A DNA stretch of 63,529 nt, the filler included, from Asterionella formosa (lineage: Eukaryota), in the NCBI GenBank assembly GCA_002256025.1. It is 23 parts of 23 records of this genome, joined end to end, with 100 filler letters (N's around TTAATTAATTAA, not from the genome) between each part and the next. Parts side by side here need not be neighbours in the genome. Positions count along the whole stretch, not along the records: positions 50,073 to 51,667 come from NKIB01001814.1; positions 51,768 to 53,362 come from NKIB01001815.1; positions 53,463 to 55,056 come from NKIB01001817.1; positions 55,157 to 56,750 come from NKIB01001818.1; positions 56,851 to 58,448 come from NKIB01001819.1; positions 58,549 to 60,142 come from NKIB01001820.1; positions 60,243 to 61,836 come from NKIB01001821.1; positions 61,937 to 63,529 come from NKIB01001822.1; 15 more parts are not named here. One strand, written 5' to 3'. The notes under the pieces are model-generated. The model did not search any database. It saw only the letters and a program-made list of their open reading frames with translations, and was not told the DNA's origin. Made by a program: the position numbers and the translations under genes. Below are positions 50,498 through 63,529 of this stretch, in pieces (the first letter of the stretch is position 1; every line of letters begins with the position of its first letter).

Positions 50498-51667
50498 CAT
50501 GTGTTGTTAGTCAGTGATTTGCATTTCCCGAAAATGGTGTCAGTGTAGAACCGTTGGTTCCGTAACTTCCGCTGGCCATACATCCTATCTGTTCAGTACC
50601 GCCTGCTCAATGGGAGTATTGCTGACCGAATGCCCTTCTGAGTGGTGACCTCTAGGGTCTGTTTCGCTTGGGTCAATCCGATATTCCACCTTTCGCTGAG
50701 TGTCTCATAATTCACTGGAGCATGCCGGTCTGACGAAACAAAAGTCCTGGTGGCCGGTAAATCCACTTGGGTTGATTTAATGTATCGAACATCTCGTAGA
50801 GCCTCCGCCATCTCCTTAAAGCAGTAGATGGACGATATTTGGGACAAGAAAGGCTCAACGCCGATCATGTCCTCCGCCTCCACAGATTGTATGAGGGAAA
50901 GGTTGACAGTCTGTGGATTCCATTCGGTGTCGCAGGTTAAATGAATGTGAGTACAAGTATCAAGTTCACGCTGGGTGGGAGTGGTAGTCTCCAAGAAGAT
51001 GTTTGTTCCGCTGATCTGCAGCGGAATATCGATTTCCGTTGTCGAGATTAACAGCGGTGCCGCTTTATCGAAAGGATTGTCGTTGACAACCACCCCGGAA
51101 AATCGCAATTGGTTAGGGTTGAGGAGGCTGTGTTGAAGCTTGTCGCCAAAATAAAGTCCCTCATTGATAATTAAAATGAAAGTCTCTCCGCTTTGTTGGC
51201 AAGTAAATGCTGTTGCTCCGCAAACAATAGGGATGTCTCGTTCTGGTTCGTAAGCACCTGCGTTGTATGGAATGACATCGCAGGCACGTCCTGTAAAGTA
51301 AAGAGGTACAAAATTACAGCCAAGAGCACAGGTGTCAGCGTGTGAGTCAAGTTCACATTTCGCAGCGCGCTGGGTTAGTTGTGTAAGTGCAGATATAGAT
51401 AATTGGTGAGGCGGGAGCGGCTTCCGATGAGAAGAACGATATGCCGCTATCTCAAGTCGATCGCTTTTGCTTCGTTTTGCGCTTTCACGCCCACCAAAAG
51501 AATTACCGGCGTTTGACTTCTTCGGCGTTTCCGACTTGTCGTCATCGCATGTTCCGGAGTCGCTAAGTGCTGCTGCCTTGATAGAACTGATGATGGCGGA
51601 AGCAAGTTGCTTTGTTGTCATCTCGGAAATGGTACGCTTCGATCCGCCTTGCTCTCCTTTCTTGTCG
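50498..51667 (-). mobile_element. Copia Gag end + protease + pre-integrase, interrupted near 50498
   Basis: AGNSFGGR, CELDSHADTC (protease), HSLLNPNQLR, LSERWNIG..AKQTL..TTQ. After TGA 50595-50593 the frame continues to FYTDTIF. Confidence 0.9.
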
Positions 51668-52860
51668 NNNNNNNNNNNNNNNNNNNNNNNNNNNNNNNNN
51701 NNNNNNNNNNNTTAATTAATTAANNNNNNNNNNNNNNNNNNNNNNNNNNNNNNNNNNNNNNNNNNNNAAAGTCTATAGGGGGTCATCTTATGATAGTCCT
51801 ATGCATACTGATTACTGGGTGGATTACAGGCCAGCCAAGGAATGCCACATGCGACGAGATGATTTATTGTTCCTACATTGCTACTTTCCTAGCAAATCAT
51901 GGAAATCAAGAAAGATGGAGATTACGGCTCTGCTGGATGGTGTGGTTGCAAGAAAGGCTGCTCAATACATTTCCGACAATGAAGACAGAAGGCAAGTGTG
52001 TATGAAAGATATCAGTGTGAATGTTTTTGTAAATGTATTGTCTGCACCAATTGAACTGAACAAAACTACTGAATGAAGAACAAAAACTACCAAAATTACC
52101 AAAACAACAAAAACAACAACATGAAATTCTATCAAGTTCGGTTTGCTCGCTGTGAAATGTTTCCTTAGAAGACACACTCGATCGTTCAAGTAACAACTGG
52201 TTTGGGACCCAGTAACCCCTACGGAGGTACGCCCTCGAGTTCAATTGTCTTCTTCTGGTCTCATCTCACAACAGGTAGACCGTTCTAACAAACCAAATGA
52301 GGCGGCGAATTACAACAATTTATTATTATAGAGCTAAAGTCTTATGAAGCTTTTCTTTTCGTGGATGACTATTTTGTATTATAGCAGGAGGCATAACCTT
52401 TTTTTCGGTTATGATATGACAATAACTTTTTCTTATAGAAGCTATAGAACGATTGGAGTTATTTCATTTCATTTCATTTTATCGGTATCGGTATCGGTAG
52501 TCTTGAACGAGAGCATCATCATTGGGTTTTAGGGTTTTAGACAACGAATAAAGTGAACAACACTTGTTGCGATTCAAGACCTTAGCGACCGTAACTGATT
52601 TAAAAACTGGGCACCAACAGGCTTAGTGGCAGGCAACAGGCAACAGTTTCTCACCCGCCGTACCGTGATCTCCCAGGGAACCAACGTATAAATTAAATGT
52701 TTTCAATAAGAGGGAAAAATCCCCGAAGGCTCTTTTCCAACCAGACATGAGTTTGTTTATGTCAACGTAATCTCCAGAGTTCAATGAATCGAGCATGCTT
52801 GCCACACCGGACCAGGCGTACAAGTATCGAATAGGCTTTTGATCGGGTAGAAAAGAAAAG

Positions 52861-52946
52861 AAATCAGATGAAATCAGATGAGATCAGATGAGATGAAATG
52901 AGATCAAATCAGATGAAATGAGATCAAATCAGATCAGATCTGATCT
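52861..52946. repeat. Degenerate pentamer microsatellite (AGATC/AGATG/AAATC)n
   Basis: Directly visible in the sequence. Confidence 0.85.
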
Positions 52947-54129
52947 CACGAAATAATCATCTCGTAATTAAAATCAAAAATCATCCAATGTTCCAACTTT
53001 GAATTACATATTTGTTGAACAGTTGTTGATAGGAGGCACAGTCCTTGGACACTTCGCTACCCGATGATGGAAATATAATGGAACCATTTTGATGCAGACA
53101 ATGGACAGTGGATTGTGTGGACACAAAATATCGAGAACTCTCATGGAAGCTTTTTTGCAGAGCTGATGTGACCGCGGGTGACCGCACGCTCGCGTATTCG
53201 ACTTTGGTATACTACCAGGTACCGGTAGCATCAGAGCAGCTTCTGTCAAGTCGACAGGACAAGGAGGAGGAGTTAGCGCAGCAATTTGAGTGAATCGAAG
53301 AATTCATGGAAGGATTCAGACTTGTCATTGTATCGTGCATCGAGCATCGAGCATCGAGCATCNNNNNNNNNNNNNNNNNNNNNNNNNNNNNNNNNNNNNN
53401 NNNNNNTTAATTAATTAANNNNNNNNNNNNNNNNNNNNNNNNNNNNNNNNNNNNNNNNNNNNTACTATTCTTTTACAGCTGTTCAAATTTATTTTGCTGT
53501 TTTAACAAGTAACGAATACTTTATAAATTACAACAGCAGTATCGAATTTCTGAAGATACTTGAATCATCTGTTGGTGGTTCTCAGCTTTGCCTTCATCGC
53601 AATTCTCCAATACTTTACCAGTCAAAGCAAATTGGGGCACTGAGAGAGATGTTTACAGTGAAGCACTGCAACGACAGAAGCAAGAGCATGGTTAAGAAAT
53701 AGCATACAAGAACAATGCTACAACAAAGCCTTCAAAAATTCGTATAAGAACTTACATCATTTTGCATCTAAGAACCGGCGCTGGATGTTTTTTAATTCAC
53801 TCAATAATTCACCGATTCTGCAATTACATCAAAAGGAACACTGAGAGAGAGAGACTTGGGCTGTACTCAAGGCAGAGGGAGACACAAGTTGGGATGATAC
53901 AACCACAGACACAAGTGGGATACAACCACCAGGCTGCAGTTATGAAGGAGATAAAAAAGATGCACACTATTCTTTCAAGAATGTCAAGGATGCCAGCACA
54001 AAGATCAGCAGCAAGTAACCAAACTTTGGGAGCCGCCAGCACTGCAAATGTGGTATGCAATGCAAACAATAATGAACAAGTTGATGCTGCAGAACGAGAC
54101 ATGATGCATGTTGAGGAGGGAGATATCAA

Positions 54130-54430
54130 TAATGTCAGGAGCATTTCCAAGGCACCAAAGACTCTATTAGTTCTTTGGCAGGAATTCAAATTTGGAATTC
54201 TTGGGCAGACAAAAGGCAGCTACTAGACTATTTACAAGGGTTGAGAGGGATAGATTCAAGGTGCAGTATTGTTGGCGCAGGGTTGTGTGAGATACTGCAG
54301 CTGCCTTGGTTTGAGCTGGATTCACTGCCCATACTGCAATTGACAAAATAGTAAAGCAGTGACACAGATTCTTGTCAATCAAATGATGCTAGATTATTGC
54401 ACTGGTGGTCATCTACAGCTTCGCATTTAG
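54130..54430 (+). pseudogene. GCR1_C-like domain remnant, typical of the C-terminus of Crypton-type tyrosine-recombinase transposons
   Basis: ISKAPKTLLVLWQEFKFG..LFTRVERDRFKVQYCWRRVV*D..GFTAHTAIDKI, with stops and a frameshift. Confidence 0.65.
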
Positions 54431-57239
54431 ATAATTACATTTACTACTAGCATACATAATTTTTATATTAGCTACACTCATTGTTGTGTTCAATTCATTT
54501 CCGGTATCTTGATATTATACTACCCGGTAGCTATAATCGAAATACCAGTAAAATGGTGCGATGGAGTCAAATTCCCAGTACCTGGTAGCTGGTACCTGAT
54601 AGTATAGCTATCGGGATTACCAGCATGAGCTACTACAGGGTACTGCTATATATTATCCAGAGGGAAAATAGACGATGAAGCAAGAAGCAAGAAGCAAGAA
54701 GCAAGAATGGTATGACCTTTGTTGCTACCAGGTACCTTGTGGACAGGTAAGTACGTGGCAACCACTACTAGGACTAGGACTAGCTTCCACTATGATACAG
54801 GTTTAATTGATGGAAGTTTTATTTTTACGATTGCATTCCCAGTATTTTGTCCATACGAAAAAATAGTTGCGCGTTTATTAGATTGCAGTTCACCTCTTGT
54901 CTCGCTCCCTGCATTATAGTATATCTCGATATATTTATGATTCATGACAGCTACGACGTTCCAAACAAAAGGAGGGCAATCTGCCTTGTTTAAGAGTTCC
55001 ATCATGTCCAAGTCAGTGGTCTTGTTCGTGACCAGCAAGTGCGCCGCAGTCAAATTNNNNNNNNNNNNNNNNNNNNNNNNNNNNNNNNNNNNNNNNNNNN
55101 TTAATTAATTAANNNNNNNNNNNNNNNNNNNNNNNNNNNNNNNNNNNNNNNNNNNNAGCCACTCCCTTTCTTCACCAAAATAGTATCACTGCATCACAAC
55201 AAATTCCGAGCTTATAAATTGGTTAGGTATACCACAAACTTCAGTGTCAAACTTTTTTCGAGTTTCACCGAAATTTAAGTGGAGTCTCCCAACAATTTAC
55301 TTCTATACATAGAACCAGTGACTTCATAGACAGGGTAAATGATAGCAAACTATAGGAAATAATAAATATCTTGACGATCTCATGGATCAGTAGGTCTTTT
55401 GCTAGATAATTTGCATGTAATTGACGAATAGAAAGTCTCCGAACAATGCATCTGAGAATCGCATTTTCCACCACTACTCCATCGCTACAGCTTCCATTGT
55501 CCCCGCTGATCTGGTGATTGTTGTGTTGCTTGAAACTTTTGCCAATCTGTTTTTTGTGTGGTTTGCCATGTCCGACTTGAAGAATATAACGATTTCCATT
55601 GCGCAACATATCATTCAATATCATCGTTATCGCTGCTTCCACAAGAAAGAAGAGGAATGAATACCATAATAGAAGGAGATTGAAAGCCATATCAGAAGCC
55701 GGGCTTAAAAAAAGATAACAATTCAAAATTCTTTCAAATTTATCCAATCCAAAATTCTTTAACAATTTATCCAACGCAAAGTTGATGGCAAAAAAACTAA
55801 TAATAAAGATTGAAAATATTAACACCGATTCTTGTTTGGGGTAAGTCAATATACGTTCCTAAACGATTCTTGTGAAAAAGCGATTTTTTATCAAAATATT
55901 TTATCTCAGGTAATTACAAGCGTTCTACAGAATTTTTTCCGAGCATTCGAATAGAATTTCAATATTAAAGCATCATAATGACCCGGGAATTCTGTAATTT
56001 TTTTCCTTTGATAAAGTACATACTCACAGTTTTAATAAGCAAGGTTTATAAATATCTTGCTCCACAAAAATAAGAGTTGCCACAGCCTCATTTTTTTTCG
56101 AGCACTTAGACAATCCTGTCACATTTCTTTGCTTTCAAGTTTTTGTTGTGAATAAAGTATATAAATCTTGGCTCAACTTCTTTGTGGAGTTCTTTATACC
56201 CTGACTGGCTGCATTGCCAAGAAAGGCCATGAACCTTCGCTCAATAGTTATGGTGTGCGTATCGAAAATAACTATCACTCTCATTGGAGTAACTGTGAAT
56301 TGAGTACTTTTACAACCTTTCTAGCTCATTTCATACAGCCCAGCACGCGACTAAGGTCTGGCAAGAGCATTAACGTCAAGGCAATCATGGCCCGGTCTGC
56401 ATACATTTATCCAATGGCGAGAAATTGATGATTTCATTGCTGTTTGGACGTGGTTTAGGTCTATTCATATATCTAGTTGTATTAATTATGTACGCATAAT
56501 TATTTGGGTATCTCGACATTTTTCTGGACCATACCAGCACTGTAAAGAGGCAAAGGAATACCAAGCTTTGACTGAACCAGCTGTACCATTTCCCCTCCTG
56601 TTATTGCTTGTGTTGAGATGCTCTTTTATTTGGCGTGCTGCTGGATTGTGATTGCAGATTTTTCAAAACAGACATTGTAGTAAATTGTTACTATCAGTTT
56701 TGCAACAGCTGTTATTATGTTGTATTCTACCAATTATTCCTGGTTCATCCNNNNNNNNNNNNNNNNNNNNNNNNNNNNNNNNNNNNNNNNNNNNTTAATT
56801 AATTAANNNNNNNNNNNNNNNNNNNNNNNNNNNNNNNNNNNNNNNNNNNNTCATCCATGTCCCTGCCAATGGCGAGAATCTTTCACGTTCTCCATCTACA
56901 ACCCCATCCTCCTCTGAAACCTCGTCTTCTGCTGTGTCCTCAACTAGTTGTGAAACCTCTACTGGTGGTGAAAAATCGGATTCCAAGTTAGATGAGGAGG
57001 ACAAATCCAAAGTGATTGATTCTGACTATAAATCTGCATTGTGAGTAAATGAGTGAATGTTTAGCATCTCCTACTACCTTACTAATGAATCAAGGAGACT
57101 AATGATTTCTATAAGAATTGATAATTATATGTTACCTTACTTCCCTTGTTTGTTGGTTTTGTAGTAATATTAATCGTTTCCACATCATCAACTACAAATT
57201 TTTTCTTAACATTTCTTTCATAGATTGCTTTATGCAATC

Positions 57240-58448
57240 GCATCAACCAGCAAATCAAAAATGGAATAGGGATGCCCAGGCAGACTGCGGCTTGATTTGA
57301 ATCACCTTACCTGGAGAGGCTCCTAAATTAGGAACAACAACAGCAGGAGAATGAATGCAATCCACGGGAACAAACAAAAGTCCTTTGTTTCCATGTCGAT
57401 CCAATGTGAGATCAGCCCCTAACAGCAACCTTGAGTAGTTGTGCAAAGGTTCTGAGGCATATTTACAAGAGTGAATAATTGCAAGACACCGGGGCTTTGA
57501 TTTTTCAAGGATGATGGTAATCTTGGATCAGTGAAATTGATCGAAGACGGACCCAATCCCAATTCAATAAAACCGTAGATCTGGCCAAGCACAATTGACT
57601 CAAATCCTGTTTCTCCATCTAACCAAGCAAACTCTGCCCAATCATACCAGGAATGAAATATAACGTTGTCACTACGAGTGTGGTTGCACATCACTTCAAT
57701 TTCCATGGATAAAATGAAAGGAAGGAGTTGGTCGCCTAGAACTCACACCAGATCTCGGTCAACCCCAGTTTTGCAGATGCTACTTGATGATGATGAAACC
57801 CTGGCAATCTCAAATTCACCATTTCCATCTTCTTCAATCAGAAGAGAATATCGAGTACCTCCTGTTTTGGATTTCACAATTCCAACGTCAACTGGGACAG
57901 CTTCCAATTTGTATTGTAAATCTCCAATATCTTCGCCAAGAAACTGACTACAAGTTGGTTCCGATCACCATGTTCTCCACCATTCTCGCCCCACTTTGAA
58001 TATCCATCACATCTTTGCGTTTCTGGGAAGTCCTGGCTGGTAATTTACACAAGAATTTAAGATTCTTTTCCATTGGGCCTCCATTAAAAACCTGTGGACT
58101 TCCGAAACGATGAATGTTTCTTACAGTATGCATCTGTTGATGAAACTTCGCAAGCTTCCATCCCTGAGAGGTTGTTGTTCTCGGGCATTCTTTTACCAGC
58201 TTAGTAAAATAGTAGTTGACAACGCTTTGGTGTTCCTGTGGTAAATTTCCCACATCAAAACTCTCTTTACTAAACCAGGTATTGTAGCAGAGCATCCCTT
58301 CGAATAGACCTTGAAAGTTTCGAATTTCTTGATTGGTCATACCACTTTCTTCTCGGCAGATTTTGATTCCAGCATCACATGCCATGACAACACAGGCAAT
58401 AAGCATCACTCCGATTCTTTCGTTAGCAGTTATTTTCGTTTTGCAACC
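57240..58448 (-). mobile_element. Plavaka/CMC(CACTA)-like DNA transposase, C-terminal part, degenerate
   Basis: GWKLAKFHQQMH..IHRFGSP..NGGPMEKNLK..CKLPARTSQKR, WYDWAEFAW, PAVVVPN. Confidence 0.7.
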
Positions 58449-58548
58449 NNNNNNNNNNNNNNNNNNNNNNNNNNNNNNNNNNNNNNNNNNNNTTAATTAA
58501 TTAANNNNNNNNNNNNNNNNNNNNNNNNNNNNNNNNNNNNNNNNNNNN

Positions 58549-60142
58549 AAGTTTGGCAACTGCAGCGAGTACCCTGCAGGCATCTACAACAAGAGCAGTT
58601 CGGTTTTACCCACAAATGGAAGAGCTCTCCCGCCGGTTTCGTACGCGTCAAGGACAGCTACGATACCCTCACCTTCGTACTAGGTGGTACACTGATACCA
58701 TGTTTCCCAAGGACAAGGTGAAGTCGGTGAGGGGACACACATGTGCACAACTTTTCTGTAATGATCAGTGTTGGGCCAAGGTGTATCCAATGCGCTCTGA
58801 GGCAGATTGTGGGGATAGATTCAATGCGGCCATCCGGCAATATGGGATTCCAGAACTAGGTATCCACTCAGACAATGCAGCTGCGGAAACGGGGGACTTC
58901 ACAGAGTTTGAGAGAGTCCGGAAGATCCACTTAGTTCCTCGCACAACAACAGAGCCTCACAGCCCCTGGATGAACAGAGCTGAGAGCGAGATTGGACAAT
59001 TCAAGACGCATTGGCGTCGTATCATGAATAGGTACAGATGTCCAGACATGCTGTGGTGTTTTGCAGCGGAATATACCTCCAACATCCGTGAGCTCATGTC
59101 TAGACCTGCACTTGAGGGTCGATCTCCATATGAAGTAATGACAGGTGAGACTCCTGATATTTCGGAGTATACAGATTTCGATTTCTATCAGTTTGTGATT
59201 TACTATGATCCCAATGATATGGACGAGAGTGGCCTGGCCCGACGGAAACTCGGGAGATGGCTCGGCCCCTCCAAGAGCGTTGGGCAAGCTTTATGTTACT
59301 ATGTACTTAAGGCGAATGGGCGGTACATCGCTCGGTCGACTGTGAGGCCGATTGTTGATGACGATTATTTAAAGTATCCAATGCTGAGAGATGAAATGAA
59401 AGAATTTGAGACTAGGATAAAGGAGCATGTTGGGGTCCATGATAATGACGCTATCCTCCAGTCTGAGGTAGATGAGCCTGAAGAAGAGATCTTCGAGGCT
59501 ACCCCTGATGGCATTCTCCCTACAGATGAAGATCTGGAAGAAGATCCTAATGGTCCAAGTTTCGATCCACTGATTAAGGCTCAGGTCGTACTTCCACACA
59601 AGGAGGGCGATATGATTGCAGTGGTCATTAAACAAAAGCGGGATGCAAACGGGAACCTGGTTGGGCGAAAGCACAGGTTTCCAAGGTTAGATTCCAGGGT
59701 TTATGAGGTCGAATTCTTAGATGGTGAGCGACAGCAAATCGCATACAATATATTGGCAGAGCATCTCCTCAGTCAGGTAGACGAGGAGGGTAGACAGTAC
59801 CAACTCTTCAAAGAAATTGTGGACCATCGCCGTGATTCAAGGAAGGCTGTGGAGAAGAGTGATCAATACTTCCAGAGAAACGGTAAACATTATAAGAAGA
59901 AGACAACAACTGGTTGGGATCTAGAAGTCGAATGGAGGGACGGATCTACATCCTGGCTCCCATTAAAGACTTTGAAGCAAACAAATCCAATTGAAGTTGC
60001 TGAATATGCCAAAGCGAACCAAATCGAAACCGAGCCTGCTTTTGATTGGTGGGTTCCAATGGTTTTAAGACGCAAGAAACGAATCATCAGGGCAACACAG
60101 AGTAGACACCACCGAGCTGGTTTTAAATTTGGGGTTCAAATG
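58549..60142 (+). mobile_element. Copia integrase (DDE core) with C-terminal chromodomain-like module, uninterrupted
   Basis: WYTDTMF, IHSDNA, TEPHSPWMNRAESEIG, TGETPDISEY, LGRWLGP, EIVDHR..GWDLEVEWRDGSTSWLPL. Confidence 0.95.
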
Positions 60143-60569
60143 NNNNNNNNNNNNNNNNNNNNNNNNNNNNNNNNNNNNNNNNNNNNTTAATTAATTAANN
60201 NNNNNNNNNNNNNNNNNNNNNNNNNNNNNNNNNNNNNNNNNNGTTGGATCAGCAGTAGACAACTCAACAATATCTTCGACGTCCTCATCAGCTACAACGC
60301 ATTGCTTCTCTTCCGAATCAATGCGAATAGAGGCAGCATCAGAAGTTTCAGCCGTACCCACTACTTTGCAGCTCATTGCGCCAATTAATCGAGATATAGT
60401 CGATGTTGGAAGATTGGTATAGAGATGAGCGGACAACTGATTCTTGTATGACTCATGAAGCTGAAAGGTAATGTATACAGAGTACCGTAGTATATATATA
60501 ACAAAAAATAGTTGGCGCAATATTTAATAGTGTTGTGCTTGCGTATTTACAGTTATTTTATCAGTGGCA

Positions 60570-60783
60570 ACGGACGTGATACACAGTGATCAACGGCTTG
60601 ATCAGTGATACAGCATTGGTCAGGGGTCCAAAAACTGTATCAGTGATACACCCATGATACACCAGTGATCAGACCAAAAAAACCATTGGTGATACACAAA
60701 AAAAAACCAAACCGCCATTTTTGTATCATATTTCGGCGATGATACACCAATGACAACAAATAACAGAATGATAAGAACGGCCC
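60570..60783. mobile_element. PIF/Harbinger-type element terminus (second copy)
   Basis: Many GTGATACA/TGATCA subterminal units ending AATGATAAGAACGGCCC|TAA. Confidence 0.6.
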
Positions 60784-62069
60784 TAAGGGGGCCATCAAGC
60801 TTTTTACAAAATCTACCATGGATAACTGCCATTTCTCTGCAGAAGTTAAATCCTGACGTAATAACGTACACGGCTACCTATTTCTTTCTTCATGAAACCC
60901 CGTAAATGTAGAGCAATCCTCCTACCGGTAATTTCATCCTGTCGTCCATCATGATGGACCAAGATCATGTACTACCTGCTACTCCGAGTACAGAAATACC
61001 GTTACTCTGGGACTCCTGTACTGATTTACACACCTGTACGGTATATACCTTGTGCGTTGAGTGATATTGAAGTTACATTCAGCAAGGATACAAACGTATA
61101 AACAAGGGCCATGAGCAAACATGTCGGTATACTCCTAATTTTTTTATGTGTTTTGGCGTTGAGCAAAAATATGTCTACATACAGCAATGTTGATATAGTA
61201 TCAACGACGTTTAAATATCATTATTTTAAATGGAACTCTATCAATCTGGCCCCGATTTCTCTTTAATTCAAACATTCAAATGGACACTCGAATCATGGGA
61301 ATTCATAGTAGGAAACTCCCTGTTCCACGTCGTTTTTACAACCCTAGCGATATTTTCTCCGAACCAGTGTTAAGCCGAACTAATTAACATTTTAGTCAGA
61401 GATAAAGATAGTGCTAAATCTTTTGTTTCAGCAAAATTATTTGACAGGAATACTATGTAGCAATTTGTTAGACTTGTCGCGCCCAAGCAATGTTCCTTTA
61501 TTTGAAATTCAACACACCTTTGGGGGTAACTAACCACACTAGCTAGTCTACGGATATTTACACACCGTAACAGGCATGCATGACATCCGTTTTCACTGCC
61601 TCCATCGCGCAGGTACCAGTGTAGCTACAAGCAACAACAATATTGTCATTCGTTAGGATGATTCAATTTCGAATCTGTTCAATGATCATTTTACTTCTGC
61701 TACTGTTGGCAGTACAGGTGCCAAAGGTAGCAATGGCAAACAACTTGAGAGACAGTAGCAGCACGGCAGAAGGCGTACCTTGTGCTAGCAGTGGTACACG
61801 TCGCGTCCAAACCAATGGATTTTCGGTCGCGAGCTGNNNNNNNNNNNNNNNNNNNNNNNNNNNNNNNNNNNNNNNNNNNNTTAATTAATTAANNNNNNNN
61901 NNNNNNNNNNNNNNNNNNNNNNNNNNNNNNNNNNNNACGGGGATGCGTGACTAACAAATCACGAAGCAAGTGGTGGCGGTTATCAGCAATCCCCTCTCGC
62001 TTGTCACACATCTCAGTCGCACAATCTTGTGAACAAACTCAAGGCTTTTATGCTCCATCGAACCCCCTA

Positions 62070-63529
62070 ATGTCATCAGTCTTTATTAGCAACGTTGACG
62101 ACTACTTGGCTCCCTCTCAAGCCTGCGTCAATCCCTTGTTCAGTGAGAGCGTCAACAATAAGAATGACAAAGCCCCAGACGAAACGGCTGGCCTAGTCGT
62201 TGCTGTGACGCGAAAGCAAGTACTTCGACGAAGCAAGCGGCCACTCATTGATGCAGCTATTCCGAAAGCACCGACTGAAACGGCCAAGGTATCAATGGCG
62301 GACTGTCTGGCATGCTCTGGATGCGTCACTACGGCGGAAACAGTTCTCGTGGAACAGCATTCCCTAAAGACCCTTCATGAACTGTTGGCGAATAATAACA
62401 GAAAAGTGTGCATGACTCTGTCACCAGCCTCTCTCGCAGATTTCTTCCGGCACCTTCAAGTTACCACCAATCAAACGAATATGCTGAAACGTCAATTGGC
62501 TACATTTTTGGCCACCACTTGCCAGGCATCACTTGTGGTCGATGGACAAGTGCCGTTGAGTTGGTCGCTGATGGAGGCTAGTCTGGAATTTGTTCATGTA
62601 TATCGAATCAACCAAGCCAGAGGAACTATGGACTATGACAGGCATTCGCCGCCGAAGCCTTCCATTGCAATTTCCGCACTCAAGTCTCAGGTGCTGGGTG
62701 ATATCCATGGACAATCTCAAATTACAATAACGCACAAGACAGGCCGGGACGATGGATCCTGTCAGTTGCCGCTGATATCCGCCACTTGTCCAGCACTCGT
62801 TTGCCTAGTCGAAAAGTCTCATGCCAGGGCAGTATCTCATTTGGCATCCACCAAATCACCCATGAGTATGGCAGGGGCATACTACAAGCACATATTGCAA
62901 GATTCGACCATTCTTCACATCGCTATTATGCCTTGTCATGACAAGAAATTAGAAGCATCCCGGAAAGATTTGGCATGGGGCGACACGCTCTTGATACCTG
63001 ATGTAGACCTGGTTTTGACAACTACAGAACTTGTACAACTGTTGGAACAAACATGTCGAACTTCAAGCGTCGACGACATGAGGCTATATCTTGAAGGACT
63101 CGCCCCGGCACCTACTATCACGTCGTTATTAGAGTACACTAGTAGCAGAACAGATGTGGCATTGGTTGCGACTCTGCCAAACGGACATTTTCAATCAAAA
63201 CTATCCAGCACCAACAACGAATTCTATGCTTACACCTCGGGTGGGTACGCAGATTATATTTTCCAGTTTGCCTGTCGTGAACTATTCGGTTACTCAATTC
63301 CAGGAGGGAATGTTCCTTGGTTGCCTGTTGCAAGCACTCAACGCCAAAGCGCCCGCGCTGCCAATCGGAAAAAAGAGTTTCATCAAGTCACCTTGTATCA
63401 TCATGCAGACGGTAGCTATTCTTGTGAAAAAATCAACAATTCTTCCAAAAAGGTCTTGTCCTTTTGCACGGCCTATGGCCTTCAAACCTTACAGCGCATT
63501 TTACTGCCCTTTGATAAGGATACCATAGA
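62070..63529 (+). CDS. NAR1: Cytosolic Fe-S cluster assembly factor NAR1/NARFL (CIAO3), 3' end beyond window
   Basis: Absent from the ORF track because it has no stop. MSSVFISNVDDYLAPSQACVNP, VSMADCLACSGCVTTAE, LPLISATCP..VEK, KSPM, IMPCHDKKLEASR, VDLVLTTTE, SGGYA, ARAYG. Confidence 0.93.
   Translation, partial: MSSVFISNVDDYLAPSQACVNPLFSESVNNKNDKAPDETAGLVVAVTRKQVLRRSKRPLIDAAIPKAPTETAKVSMADCLACSGCVTTAETVLVEQHSLKTLHELLANNNRKVCMTLSPASLADFFRHLQVTTNQTNMLKRQLATFLATTCQASLVVDGQVPLSWSLMEASLEFVHVYRINQARGTMDYDRHSPPKPSIAISALKSQVLGDIHGQSQITITHKTGRDDGSCQLPLISATCPALVCLVEKSHARAVSHLASTKSPMSMAGAYYKHILQDSTILHIAIMPCHDKKLEASRKDLAWGDTLLIPDVDLVLTTTELVQLLEQTCRTSSVDDMRLYLEGLAPAPTITSLLEYTSSRTDVALVATLPNGHFQSKLSSTNNEFYAYTSGGYADYIFQFACRELFGYSIPGGNVPWLPVASTQRQSARAANRKKEFHQVTLYHHADGSYSCEKINNSSKKVLSFCTAYGLQTLQRILLPFDKDTI

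Noticed and set aside
55157..56750. 194-aa ORF and fragments (also 43775-44470, which shares a nearby TTTTCGAGTTTCACCGAA motif)
   Set aside because: They look like degenerate repeat-derived sequence, but I could not assign a family.
1601..61936. Regularly spaced TTAATTAATTAA palindromes about every 1.7 kb (CRISPR-like or cassette-array-like periodicity)
   Set aside because: Always embedded in N44 on both sides. These are artificial linkers joining similarly sized contigs, so adjacency across them has no biological meaning.
62070..63529. [FeFe]-hydrogenase
   Set aside because: The N-terminal DDYLAPSQAC and DCLACSGC motifs, TCP instead of the hydrogenase TSCCP, and MPCHDKKLE match the non-catalytic homolog NAR1.

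Overview
This is eukaryotic DNA, most likely a diatom draft genome: short GT-AG introns, bipartite plastid presequences and CoDi-type Ty1/Copia elements all point that way. It is not contiguous. It is a concatenation of 23 contigs/scaffolds joined by 22 artificial 100-nt linkers (N44-TTAATTAATTAA-N44). Only 5099-31309 is a gene-rich scaffold. It carries a dual-acylated small protein, a SPIDR-like OB-fold protein, a plastid SnoaL/NTF2 protein, an OSCA/TMEM63 channel, a ~1700-aa NLR-like protein (ubiquitin-like + MLKL/RPW8-like helical bundle + NACHT + ~16 WD40), a single-TM protein, a plastid HAD hydrolase, an ankyrin-TRP channel with a 17-nt microexon, and the 5' end of a Copia element. The other ~1.6-kb contigs are mostly transposon fragments (several Copia lineages, Gypsy, LINE, Plavaka/CMC-like, Crypton-like, PIF/Harbinger ends), plus a NAR1 gene and a PGRL1 fragment that the ORF track missed. 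The best leads are the NLR-like candidate cell-death receptor, a Copia element with a Tf1-like self-complementary primer site and in-frame UGA gag-pol readthrough, a UGA at a conserved Cys of PGRL1, and a dispersed quasi-palindromic (GTACCTG)n motif. All domain calls come from manual motif recognition; no database searches were run.
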